Origin: Desulfobacterales bacterium
GTDB taxonomy: Bacteria > Desulfobacterota > Desulfobacteria > Desulfobacterales > UBA5852
Direction of reading: 5' to 3'
Length of the DNA stretch: 64,000 nucleotides
Assembly (NCBI GenBank): GCA_963674755.2
Contig: CAXXVS010000003.1
Span: forward strand, 1,536,001 to 1,600,000
Positions 19,936-30,141 of the stretch are shown piece by piece (the first letter of the stretch is position 1; every line of letters begins with the position of its first letter). The notes under the pieces were generated by a model. That model was not told the origin of the DNA. It saw only the letters and a list, made by a program, of their open reading frames with translations, and ran no database searches. Position numbers and translations under genes: made by a program.

Positions 19936-20481
19936 TTAGATAAACAACTGAATTTTGCTGTCCATGGCTTCTTCCAGAAACTTGGCCACACCGCAGTATT
20001 CCAGGCCTTCGTACTGGATCATCTCCTCGTGCTTGAAGCCCATGAGGTCCATGGACATTTCGCAGATAAAAATGCGCACGCCGAGTTCCTCGGCCATGGC
20101 GATCATCTGGTCGAGGGAGGCCACATTTTTCTGCTTCATGAGGGATTTCATCATAGTGGTGCCCATGCCCCCCATGTTCATCTTGGAGAGCTTGACCTTG
20201 TCGGCCCCCTTGGGCAGCATTTTCCCGAACATGGTTCCCATCATGTCCTTGCCGCCGACGTTTTTGTCCTTGGCGCGCAGCACCGGGGTGCCCCAGAAGG
20301 TGAAGAACATGACCACATCCATCCCCATGGCGACCGCGCCGGTGGCAATGATGAACGATGCCAGGGCCTTGTCCAGATCGCCGCTGAAGCAGATCATGGA
20401 GAGCTTGTTCTCCGGGCTTTTTTTCTGAAGTGCATCCAGTTGGGCTTTCATTTCGGCCAGCTGGGTTTCGAGTTGCTCCAT
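19936..20481 (-). CDS. DsrE2/YrkE-like sulfur-relay protein
   Basis: FSGDLDKALASFIIA, FFTFWG, LSKMNMGGMG, CEMSMDLMG. Confidence 0.9.
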   Translation of the reverse strand: MEQLETQLAEMKAQLDALQKKSPENKLSMICFSGDLDKALASFIIATGAVAMGMDVVMFFTFWGTPVLRAKDKNVGGKDMMGTMFGKMLPKGADKVKLSKMNMGGMGTTMMKSLMKQKNVASLDQMIAMAEELGVRIFICEMSMDLMGFKHEEMIQYEGLEYCGVAKFLEEAMDSKIQLFI

Positions 20482-20559
20482 GGTGTCCTCCTAATAAGTT
20501 AATGCTATAAACATAAAAAACGGAATGAAATAAGTAAGATAAAAAATAAGGCGTTCTAA

Positions 20560-20580
20560 ATTGTATATAGTATGTACAAT
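20560..20580. promoter_or_regulatory. Candidate MarR operator
   Basis: Imperfect palindrome ATTGTATATAGTATGTACAAT in the AT-rich gap upstream of the dsrE2-like gene. Confidence 0.55.
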
Positions 20581-20637
20581 ATATCCAAAAAAATCGCCCC
20601 CTTGTGCGGCTAAGAGAGCGTATTGCAGTCCTGCGGG

Positions 20638-21117
20638 TTACACCATCAGTTCTTTGACGGCCTCCATGGAAGCCTTGAGCAGTTCCAGATTGGTCAGCAT
20701 GGCTTTGCGCTGTTCAGGTGCCAGATGGGAGAGTACCTCCAGGTGTATGGCTTCCAAAAACGCGTTGATTTCGTTTAGCTTGTCCTGCCCCTTGGGGGTC
20801 AGGCTGAGCAGCGTGATGCGCGAATCCTCCGGATCCTTAATCCGCTGGATCAGCTTGCGGCGCACCATACCGTCGATAATACGGGTTACCCGGCTTTTAA
20901 CCACATTCATTTTGTGGGCGATGCCCTTGGGCGTCAGGTAGCGCTCATTGGCAAAGAGCTGCAGGCAGCGCAGCTCGGCATCCGGCAGCGCGAAGCGGTC
21001 GCTCTGGTACTGCATGCGTTCCTGGCAGCATTGAAAGAGCTTGGCGATCAACTCCTGAAACTGGACCACCTGGTAGGCGGAGATGGCATTAGCCGGGTTG
21101 CGTTGATTATTATACAT
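20638..21117 (-). CDS. MarR family transcriptional regulator
   Basis: wHTH KSRVTRII..LIQR..DPEDSR..LTPKG; QCCQ Cys pair. Confidence 0.9.
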   Translation of the reverse strand: MYNNQRNPANAISAYQVVQFQELIAKLFQCCQERMQYQSDRFALPDAELRCLQLFANERYLTPKGIAHKMNVVKSRVTRIIDGMVRRKLIQRIKDPEDSRITLLSLTPKGQDKLNEINAFLEAIHLEVLSHLAPEQRKAMLTNLELLKASMEAVKELMV

Positions 21118-21330
21118 GGTGTGAACTATAGCAGGATTTCAAAAGGCGTCAAGCATTTTTTCCCCAGACGATCAAAGCGCTTCAAATTTGGCGCCCAAAT
21201 GATGAAAAGACAAATTATAATGACATATTATGGGGTAACTTGCCATTCAGGCGAGTCACGAGGGGGAACGATTGGTGACCCTGCGAACCAATAACGGCTC
21301 AGGAGGGTAACGGATTCGTCATCCTTTCCA

Positions 21331-22164
<834 letters not shown>

Positions 22165-22326
22165 ATCGCTTCCCACGGTCAGTTCCTCTGTCTTGGCTCG
22201 GGCATCCATTAGTAGCATAGTTATATCTGATGTTGGTTGTCCAAGGGGCAGGCCATCCGGTGACAGCCTAACAATTCGGCAGGCCGGCGTCAATCGGTGC
22301 TCGGCCTGCCGAAGATTTCAGCCTGT

Positions 22327-23379
22327 TTACTTCATCGTGAGCGGTTTGAGGGTCTTGGCGGCATTGTGGTACGCTTCACGTTCTTTGTCGGGCATGGGAA
22401 TCAAGCCCTTTTCCGCCAGGTAGCCGTCCGGCCCCCAGGCCTTCTCGGAGGAGAATTCATTCAAATATTCCTGAATTCCGGGAATGACCCCCACGTGGGC
22501 TTTCTTGACATAGAAGAAAAGCGGACGGGATACCGGATAGGAGCCGTCGGCAATGGCCTCGAAGGTGGGCTGCACGCCGTCCACAAAGGAGCCTTGAATG
22601 ACATCGGTGTTCTGGTCGAGGAAGCTGAAGCCGAAGATGCCCAAGGCGTCGGGGTTGGCGCCCAGCTTCTGCACGATCAGGTTGTCGTTCTCACCGGCTT
22701 CGATATAGGCGCCGTCTTCACGGATGGTGTGGGCGGCTGCCTTGAACGCTTTCTTATCCTTTTTGCGCAGGGCCTTGAGCCAGTCGTATTCCTTAGCCCC
22801 GTCTTCCATAACGAGTTCCAGGAAGGCATCCCGGGTACCGGAGGTGGGGGGCGGGCCCAATACTTCGATCTTGGTGGCCGGCAGACTCCCATTGACGTCT
22901 TTCCAGGTTTGGTAGGGGTTGGGAACCAGCTTTTCCGCACCCGACGGATCCGGTACGTCCTTGGCCAGGGCCAGGTAGAGGTCCTTGCGGGTCAACTTCA
23001 AGGGTGCCGCTTTCTTGGAATTGGCCACCACGATACCGTCATAGCCGATCTTGATTTCGACGATGTCCTTGACACCGTTGGCCTGGCACTTTTCGTATTC
23101 CGATTTTTTAATGGCCCGGGACGCATTGGTGATGTCCGGGGTTTCGACGCCGACACCCTCGCAGAACAGCTTGAACCCGCCGCCCGAGCCGGTGGATTCG
23201 ATTTTGGGCGTATTGAAACTGGTGGTTTTCCCGAACTGCTCGGCAACGACCGTGGCGAAGGGATAGACCGTTGAAGATCCGACGATGCTGATGGTGTCGC
23301 GGGCCGAGGCCGCATAAACGGTTCCGGCGGTTGCCATAAAGGCCAGAGCGGTAGCAATGACAAGCGATTTCCTGATCAT
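22327..23379 (-). CDS. pstS: Phosphate-binding protein
   Basis: Signal peptide, GSSTVYP, TGSGGG, SGTRDAF, YPVSRPLF. Confidence 0.93.
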   Translation of the reverse strand: MIRKSLVIATALAFMATAGTVYAASARDTISIVGSSTVYPFATVVAEQFGKTTSFNTPKIESTGSGGGFKLFCEGVGVETPDITNASRAIKKSEYEKCQANGVKDIVEIKIGYDGIVVANSKKAAPLKLTRKDLYLALAKDVPDPSGAEKLVPNPYQTWKDVNGSLPATKIEVLGPPPTSGTRDAFLELVMEDGAKEYDWLKALRKKDKKAFKAAAHTIREDGAYIEAGENDNLIVQKLGANPDALGIFGFSFLDQNTDVIQGSFVDGVQPTFEAIADGSYPVSRPLFFYVKKAHVGVIPGIQEYLNEFSSEKAWGPDGYLAEKGLIPMPDKEREAYHNAAKTLKPLTMK

Positions 23380-23465
23380 ACGTTTCCTCCTGAAAGTAAA
23401 ATGGAAAGACATCAATACCCGTTGTTTACGATTGTGCGCCTATGCAAGCGCGCCCTATATACAAC

Positions 23466-23487
23466 CCCTGTTTTAGGGTTTTGTTAG
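23466..23487 (-). promoter_or_regulatory. Putative Pho box upstream of pstS
   Basis: Minus strand CTAACAAAACC CTAAAACAGGG, 11-bp period. Confidence 0.65.
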
Positions 23488-23534
23488 CACCTGCAAAAAA
23501 CTGCTGCGGCACCCCAAAAAGTTCTTCGAAATCC

Positions 23535-24833
23535 CTACCAGCGGCGTTCGAATTTCTTCCGAAGGACCACGGCCGTGGCATTCATGATGATCAGGAAGGC
23601 CAGCAGCACGATGGTGGCGGCTGAGGTCCGTTCCACAAAGGCCCGTTCCGGGCTGTCCGCCCACAGATAGATCTGAACCGGCAGCACGGTGGCCGCATCG
23701 GTCAGGCCGTGGGGCACATCGACGATAAAGGCCACCATGCCGATCATGAGCAGTGGGGCGGATTCCCCCAGAGCCCGGGCCATGCCGATGATGGTGCCCG
23801 TCATAATTCCCGGCATGGCCAGGGGCAGCACGTGGTGCATGACCATTTGCATCTTGGAGGCGCCAACCCCCAACGCCGCTTCGCGGATAGAAGGAGGTAC
23901 GGATTGCAGCGAGGCCCGTCCGGCGATGATGATCGTCGGCAGGGTCATCAAGGTCAGCACCAGGCCCCCCACCAGCGGGGCCGAGCGGGGCAGGCCGAAA
24001 AAGTTCAGGAACACGGCCAGGCCCAAAAGGCCGAAAACAATGGAGGGCACGGCCGCCAGATTGTTGATGTTGACTTCGATGAAATCCGTCCAGCGGTTCT
24101 TGGGGGCGAACTCTTCAAGATAGACCGCCGAGGCGATGCCGATGGGAAACGAGAGCGCCAGGGTGACCAGCAGGGTGTAGACGGACCCCATCACCGCTCC
24201 CAGAATACCGGCCAGCTCGGGTTCGCGCGAGTCGCCGGCGGTAAAGAAAGTCCGGTTGAAGCGCTTTTCGATCCGGTTCTCGGATTTCAGACGATCGACC
24301 CAGGCCAGTTGGATATCCTTGATGCGCCGCTCGCTCTCGGGGACGTTCAGATCAAAATGGCCCTTCAGCAGCATGTCGATATCATCGTCCGCCGGAACCC
24401 AGACCGGCACGGTCTTGCCGATCATCTCCGGCGAATTGAGCACCATCTTGCGAATCTGGAAGGCGGCCCCGCTGCTGACGAGTTTGTAGAGCATGCGCTT
24501 GTCTTTACGGGAGCTGACCTCCGGGAACATGCGCCGCAGGGACGCTTTGATGATGCCGGAATAATCGGCCGTGGCCAGGGCCTCCTGGCTCAGGAGGGTC
24601 GGATCGAAGAAGACATCCAGCCGCACAAAGGTTTGCTCGAAAGCCGAATACCCCTTGCTGATGATGCTGCCGAAAAGGATCGAGAGGAACAGCAGGCTGG
24701 CCAGGATGGCGCCGATGCCGTAGAAGCGGAAGCGGCGCTCCCGACGGTAGCGACGGCCCAGTCCGGCGTTGACGATATCGATGGCACGGCGTTGGGAGGC
24801 CCGGCCACCTGTTTTGAATCCGGTCTTATTCAT
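23535..24833 (-). CDS. pstA: Phosphate ABC transporter permease
   Basis: LAAVPSIVFGL, REAALGVGA, ARALGESAPL. Confidence 0.95.
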   Translation of the reverse strand: MNKTGFKTGGRASQRRAIDIVNAGLGRRYRRERRFRFYGIGAILASLLFLSILFGSIISKGYSAFEQTFVRLDVFFDPTLLSQEALATADYSGIIKASLRRMFPEVSSRKDKRMLYKLVSSGAAFQIRKMVLNSPEMIGKTVPVWVPADDDIDMLLKGHFDLNVPESERRIKDIQLAWVDRLKSENRIEKRFNRTFFTAGDSREPELAGILGAVMGSVYTLLVTLALSFPIGIASAVYLEEFAPKNRWTDFIEVNINNLAAVPSIVFGLLGLAVFLNFFGLPRSAPLVGGLVLTLMTLPTIIIAGRASLQSVPPSIREAALGVGASKMQMVMHHVLPLAMPGIMTGTIIGMARALGESAPLLMIGMVAFIVDVPHGLTDAATVLPVQIYLWADSPERAFVERTSAATIVLLAFLIIMNATAVVLRKKFERRW

Positions 24834-26217
24834 ACTGCTCCCGGTATTTGCGCACCACATGCAGGGCGACGATGTTGAGCATCAAGGTGGCGATAAACAG
24901 CACCAACCCCAGGGCGAAGGCCGCCAGGGTCTTGGGGCTGTCGAATTCCTGGTCCCCCACCAGCAGGGTAACGATCTGCACGGTGACCGTGGTGACGGTT
25001 TTAAGAGGGTTGGCGGTCAGATTGGCCGCCAGTCCGGCCGCCATGACGACAATCATGGTTTCGCCGATGGCCCGGGATATGGCCAGGAGGACCCCGCCTA
25101 CGATGCCGGGCAGGGCCGCCGGCAGCACCACCTGTTTGATGGTTTCGGATTGGGTCGCTCCCAGTCCGTAGGCCCCGTCCCGCATGGCTTGGGGCACGGC
25201 ATTGATGACGTCGTCGGACAGGGAGGACACGAAGGGGATGATCATGATGCCCATGACCAGTCCGGCGGCCAGGGCGCTTTCCGAGGAGACATCGAGTCCC
25301 AGCGTCATACCGGCATCGCGGATGAAAGGGGCCACTGTCAGGGCGGCGAAAAACCCGTAAACCACGGTGGGGATGCCGGCCAGGATTTCCATGAGCGGCT
25401 TGGCAATGGCGCGAAAGCGGCGGTTGGCGTATTCGGAGAGATAGATGGCCGCCATGAGACCGATGGGCACGGCCACCGCCATGGCAATGGCGGAAATCAT
25501 CAATGTGCCGGCGAAGACCGGAATTGCGCCGAACGCGCCGGAGGAGCCCACCTGGTCGGCCCGGATGGCCATCTGGGGGCTCCACTTCAGGCCGAAGAGA
25601 AATTCCGTCAGCGGGATTTTGTCAAAGAAGCGGATGGCTTCGAAGAGCACCGAGAGCAGGATGCCGATGGTGGTGAAGATCGCGATGGTGGAGCAGGCGA
25701 TCAGGAGCCAGTTAATGATGCGCTCCACATGGTTGCGGGCCCGCAGCCTGGGCGAGATGAGGCGCAGGGACAAGGCAATGGCGGCCATGATCAGGGCCAG
25801 GACCACCACGGCCAGGGCCGCGGTGCTGACATGTTGAAGCTGATGGTAATGCTGGGCCGCAGCCTGCATGGTGGGGTCGATGTCCCCTGAGACGATGTTG
25901 CCGCTGACCAGGTTGCGGATATCGTTGACGATCAGATTCAGACGGGCCGGCGGCAGGCTGCGAACCGCATCGGGCAGATCGGCCACGACCAGCTGCGTAA
26001 TGACCGCCGGTTCGAGAAAGGACCAGACGGCGAAGATCAGCAGGGCCGGCAGACCGCACCACAGCGCCGTCAACAGTCCGTAGTAGGCCGGGCGGGAATG
26101 CATCCGCAGCAGGCCGGCCCGGTCGCCGGCCACGGCAAAAGCGCGCTTTCTTCCCAGGACGTAGGCGGCCGAGGTCAGCAGCAAAATGGCACTCAGGATG
26201 GTCACAGGTGACAACAT
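24826..26217 (-). CDS. pstC: Phosphate ABC transporter permease
   Basis: LAGIPTVVYG, GAYGLGAT, SRAIGETMIV. Confidence 0.95.
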   Translation of the reverse strand: MLSPVTILSAILLLTSAAYVLGRKRAFAVAGDRAGLLRMHSRPAYYGLLTALWCGLPALLIFAVWSFLEPAVITQLVVADLPDAVRSLPPARLNLIVNDIRNLVSGNIVSGDIDPTMQAAAQHYHQLQHVSTAALAVVVLALIMAAIALSLRLISPRLRARNHVERIINWLLIACSTIAIFTTIGILLSVLFEAIRFFDKIPLTEFLFGLKWSPQMAIRADQVGSSGAFGAIPVFAGTLMISAIAMAVAVPIGLMAAIYLSEYANRRFRAIAKPLMEILAGIPTVVYGFFAALTVAPFIRDAGMTLGLDVSSESALAAGLVMGIMIIPFVSSLSDDVINAVPQAMRDGAYGLGATQSETIKQVVLPAALPGIVGGVLLAISRAIGETMIVVMAAGLAANLTANPLKTVTTVTVQIVTLLVGDQEFDSPKTLAAFALGLVLFIATLMLNIVALHVVRKYREQYE

Positions 26218-26298
26218 AAGCCTCTATTGGCATGGTGGTTCCGGACCGCTTCAGGATCAATTCCGACGGTCCGTCAATTGCTGGGAAATAGGTAAAGG

Positions 26299-26331
26299 GG
26301 CCGCGTTAGGAATGTGTTAAGGAAGGGTTAC
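26299..26331 (-). promoter_or_regulatory. Putative Pho box upstream of pstC
   Basis: Minus strand GTAACCCTTCC TTAACACATTC CTAACGCGGCC. Confidence 0.75.
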
Positions 26332-26659
26332 AATAGCGCTAGTATTGCAATAGAATCGCGTGAAGACGCTGGGGCGCTAATAATTGATAAGGAGGGGCGG
26401 CCGGCGCAGGCCGTTGATCGTTGCGGGGCACAGGCGTGTCTTGGGCCAGAACGCGGCAGCGGCGCGCGCTATGCTCAGGCGCTGTGCATTAAGGGGAAAG
26501 CTGCCGCAGGGGGCCGTCCTGGGATATCCAAAAGCGGCGGCCGGAATTGCCCGAAGCGGCCCCGGGCAGGGGCCGCCGGCGGGTCAAGCGGATTGGCAAG
26601 GGCTGGAAAGGGGCTGACCATCAGAGGGGGTAAGGGGGCGCCTTCCCGGACCTGCCGCC

Positions 26660-27316
26660 TTAATAGTCGGCATGCCGCACGATCTCGCCTTCGATCAGAT
26701 AGATCACCTCTTCGGCAATATTGGTGGCATGGTCGCCAATGCGTTCCAGATGGCGTGATATCAGGTAGAAATTGATCAGGAAGGGCATCTGGTCGGGATG
26801 GTGGGCCATTTCATCCCGGATGAGCTGGTAGGCTCGGCGATGGGTGCCGTCCACCTCGTCATCCATGGTCACCACCCGAAAAGCCGTATCCACGTCCATA
26901 TTGACGAGGGCATCCAGACTCAGCTGCAGCATTTTTTCCACCTGCGCCGCCATGGGTTCGTAGTCGAAGGCAAAGCGGGGCGGCTGGTATTTGGCCATGG
27001 TCTGGATGCGTTGGGCGATATTGACGGCCTCGTCGGCAATCCGTTCCAGATCGTTGTTGATTTTGATGACCGCCACCAGAAAGCGTAAATCAATGGCCAC
27101 CGGTTGATGCAGGGCCATGATTTTGAGGCATTCCTCCTCGATTTCCACTTCTTTTTCATCGACTTCAAAATCCGATCGGACGATTTCGTCGGCCACGGCG
27201 GCGTCCCGGTCGGTAATGACGGAGGTGATGCGCCGCACGCGTTCCTCCACCATCGCCCCGAGGGAAAGGATCATTTTTTTGATTTTTTCGAGTTCTTTGT
27301 GAAAATGTCTGGCCAT
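26660..27316 (-). CDS. phoU: Phosphate signalling protein PhoU
   Basis: QPVAIDLR, DLERIAD, LERIGDHATNIAE. Confidence 0.96.
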   Translation of the reverse strand: MARHFHKELEKIKKMILSLGAMVEERVRRITSVITDRDAAVADEIVRSDFEVDEKEVEIEEECLKIMALHQPVAIDLRFLVAVIKINNDLERIADEAVNIAQRIQTMAKYQPPRFAFDYEPMAAQVEKMLQLSLDALVNMDVDTAFRVVTMDDEVDGTHRRAYQLIRDEMAHHPDQMPFLINFYLISRHLERIGDHATNIAEEVIYLIEGEIVRHADY

Positions 27317-27403
27317 GGGGTATTCCTCTTCGCTTGGACGGGCCGTCAGGCGACCGCCCGTCATGTCAGTTGATGCCCATTTACAATCATCTCATTTAGG
27401 GTG

Positions 27404-27447
27404 AGCCGCGTTAGGCCTATGCTAGCATTCCGTTAGGGTTTCGATAA
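27404..27447 (-). promoter_or_regulatory. Putative Pho box upstream of phoU
   Basis: Minus strand TTATCGAAACC CTAACGGAATG CTAGCATAGGC CTAACGCGGCT. Confidence 0.7.
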
Positions 27448-27518
27448 TGGTTCGATTTTGCACCACTTTATCCGGCGTGCCATCCCAGGGCCGCCCACAC
27501 CGAAAATCATCGCGTCGT

Positions 27519-27562
27519 CTCATGAACTCCTAAAGAGGGTCTCATGCGAAATTAACACCGGT
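27519..27562 (+). promoter_or_regulatory. Putative degenerate Pho box upstream of the PHP-GT gene
   Basis: CTCATGAACTC CTAAAGAGGGT CTCATGCGAAA TTAACACCGGT, 11-bp period. Confidence 0.5.
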
Positions 27563-27633
27563 CGGCGAAATATCCTCCAATGGATTCTGAATCGGACGTC
27601 TCACTCGAAGCAACCTCACACAAGGAACTGAAG

Positions 27634-30102
27634 ATGCGTGTTGATTGCCATGTGCATTCCAAACATTCCAAACGCCCCTCGACCTGGGTTCTGAAAAAGA
27701 TCGGTTGTCCGGAAAGCTATACGGAGCCGCTCGATATCTACCGCATCGCCCGTGAGCGCGGTATGACCCACGTCACCATTTCGGACCACAACCGGATCGA
27801 GGGCGCCCTGGAAATCGCCCATCTGCCGGATACCTTCATCAGCGAGGAGATTACCACCTATTTCCCCGAGGATGGCTGCAAACTGCACGTCCTGGTGTTG
27901 GATATCGACGAGCGCCAGCATGCCGACATCCAGCAATGCCGGGATAACGTCTTTTATCTGGTGGACTACCTGCAGGCCCAGTGCCTTGTCCATGTTGTGG
28001 CCCATCCCTTGTACGGTGTCAATGACCGTTTGCGCATCGAGCACTTCGAAAAAATGCTCCTGCTTTTTAAGAATTTCGAGATGAACGGTGCCCGCAACGA
28101 CGCCGCCAACGACGGATTGGCCCAGATCCTGAACGCTCTGACACCGGCGATGATCGACGCCCTGGCCGACTACCACGGCATCGAGCCGGCCTTTCCCGAA
28201 CCCTGGAAGAAGAACATCACCGGCGGGTCCGACGACCACAGCGCCCTCAACATCGCCCGCACCTACACCGAGGTGCCCGATGTGCAAACCCTGGCGGAGG
28301 GCCTGGCCGGCATCCAAGCGGGACGCAGCCGGGCCGTGCGCCGGCCCTCCCAGCCGGAAACCATGGCGCACAACCTGTATGGTATCGCCTACCAGTACTA
28401 CCGGAACAAATTCAACCTGGAGCGCTTCCAGGGCAAGGATCTGCTGGTGAAGTTTCTGGATCGTGCCCTGCGTCCCCCGGCACCACCGGAAAGCCCCGGC
28501 AGTGGTTTGATGGACAAGGTCTATCTGTTTCTTAACGCCCGGCGGCGGCGCAGCCGGATCGCCACCCCTTCCGACGATCTGTTCGCCCAGCTGCGGCACA
28601 CCATCACCTGTTTGTTGCAGGACGACACCCGGTTCCGATCAGCGGCCCCCCGGGACGACGGTGGGGACGGGCCGGTCGCGGAGGCCGACTGGTTCGCCTT
28701 CGTCAATCAGGTGGCCAACCAGACCCTGATCCAATTCGCCAACCACGCCATGAACCATCTGGTGGGCGGAAACGTTTTCAACATTTTCCATACCATCGGC
28801 TCGGCCGGTGGTCTTTACGGGCTGCTGGGACCCTATTTTATCGCCTTCTCCCTGTTTGCCAAGGACCGCGCCTTCACGCGTGCCGTCCAGGCCCATTTCG
28901 GGGTTCCGTCTCCCAACGGCGCCGCTGAAGCCGACCCGGTGCGTATCGGGCACTTCACGGACACCTTCTACGATACCAACGGGGTGGCCCTGACCATCCA
29001 GCAGCAGGTGGAAGTGGCCCTGCGCACCGGTAAAGCGATGCAGGTGATTACCTGCAACGAAGATCCGGCGGCTTCCCCGCCGGGGGTCAAGACCTTCAAA
29101 CCCGTGGGTACCTATGAATTGCCTGAATACCGCTCCCAGAAACTCTTCTATCCGCCCCTGCTGGAAATGCTGCGCTACAGCTACGAGCAGGGTTTTACCC
29201 GCATCCATTCCGCCACGCCCGGCCCGATCGGACTGGCGGCCCTGGCGATCGCCCGCATCCTCAAAGTGCCCTTCTGCGGCACCTACCATACCCAGCTGCC
29301 CCAGTACGCCCAGTTTTTGACCGGCGACACCGCCATGGAAGAACTCACCTGGAAGTTCGTCGTCTGGTACTACGATCAGATGGACATCATCTATGCCCCG
29401 TCGGAGAGCACCCGCCAGGAACTCATCGACCGGGGCATCCGGCCTTCCAAGGTGGTTCTGTACCCGCGCGGCGTGGACGTCCGCCGTTTCTCGCCCCGGG
29501 CGCGCAACGGGTTCTACCGAAAGCGTTTCGGTGTGAGCGCCGACCTCAAGCTTTTGTACGTGGGGCGCATTTCCGAGGAGAAGAATCTGGATGTGCTGGC
29601 CGAGGCCTATGACCGGATCCACGAACGCCATCCCGGGGTTCACCTGGTGATCGTGGGTGACGGGCCCTATCTGGCCGAGATGCGCACCCGGTTGCGCCGG
29701 CAGCCCTGTACATTCACCGGCGCGCTGGCGGGGGAGGACCTCGTGCGGGCCTATGCCTCGGCCGATCTCTTCGTTTTCCCCAGTACCACGGACACCTTCG
29801 GCAATGTGATTCTGGAGGCCCAGGCCTGCGGCCTGCCGGTGGTGGTGACGGATCAGGGCGGCCCACGGGAAAACATGCGGCCCGGCAAGACCGGCCTGGT
29901 GGCGAGCGGCAACGACAGCCAGGCTTTGGCAGAGGCGATCGAATACCTCATCGATCATCCCCAGGAGCGGAATGCCATGGGACAGGAGGCCCGGCGCACC
30001 ATGGAGGCCCGCTCCTTCGATGCCGCCTTCCTGCAGACCTGGGAATCCTACAAAACCCTTCCGACCGGTGACGAATCGTTACGTCAAGTGGCCGGGTTTT
30101 AA
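27634..30102 (+). CDS. PHP phosphoesterase - GT4 glycosyltransferase fusion
   Basis: PHP motifs DCHVHS, ISDHN, AHP, GGSDDH; GT4 motifs ATPGPIG, YHT, RGVD, YVGRISEEKNL, DTFGNVILEAQACGLPV. Confidence 0.88.
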   Translation: MRVDCHVHSKHSKRPSTWVLKKIGCPESYTEPLDIYRIARERGMTHVTISDHNRIEGALEIAHLPDTFISEEITTYFPEDGCKLHVLVLDIDERQHADIQQCRDNVFYLVDYLQAQCLVHVVAHPLYGVNDRLRIEHFEKMLLLFKNFEMNGARNDAANDGLAQILNALTPAMIDALADYHGIEPAFPEPWKKNITGGSDDHSALNIARTYTEVPDVQTLAEGLAGIQAGRSRAVRRPSQPETMAHNLYGIAYQYYRNKFNLERFQGKDLLVKFLDRALRPPAPPESPGSGLMDKVYLFLNARRRRSRIATPSDDLFAQLRHTITCLLQDDTRFRSAAPRDDGGDGPVAEADWFAFVNQVANQTLIQFANHAMNHLVGGNVFNIFHTIGSAGGLYGLLGPYFIAFSLFAKDRAFTRAVQAHFGVPSPNGAAEADPVRIGHFTDTFYDTNGVALTIQQQVEVALRTGKAMQVITCNEDPAASPPGVKTFKPVGTYELPEYRSQKLFYPPLLEMLRYSYEQGFTRIHSATPGPIGLAALAIARILKVPFCGTYHTQLPQYAQFLTGDTAMEELTWKFVVWYYDQMDIIYAPSESTRQELIDRGIRPSKVVLYPRGVDVRRFSPRARNGFYRKRFGVSADLKLLYVGRISEEKNLDVLAEAYDRIHERHPGVHLVIVGDGPYLAEMRTRLRRQPCTFTGALAGEDLVRAYASADLFVFPSTTDTFGNVILEAQACGLPVVVTDQGGPRENMRPGKTGLVASGNDSQALAEAIEYLIDHPQERNAMGQEARRTMEARSFDAAFLQTWESYKTLPTGDESLRQVAGF

Positions 30103-30141
30103 GGTGCGGCCCAAGGTCGTCAGCGGTATTTTATGGAGGGC

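Noticed and set aside
22207..22240. Possible Pho box upstream of pstB
   Set aside because: CCAAC/ATAAC/CTAAT recur at 12-bp rather than 11-bp spacing
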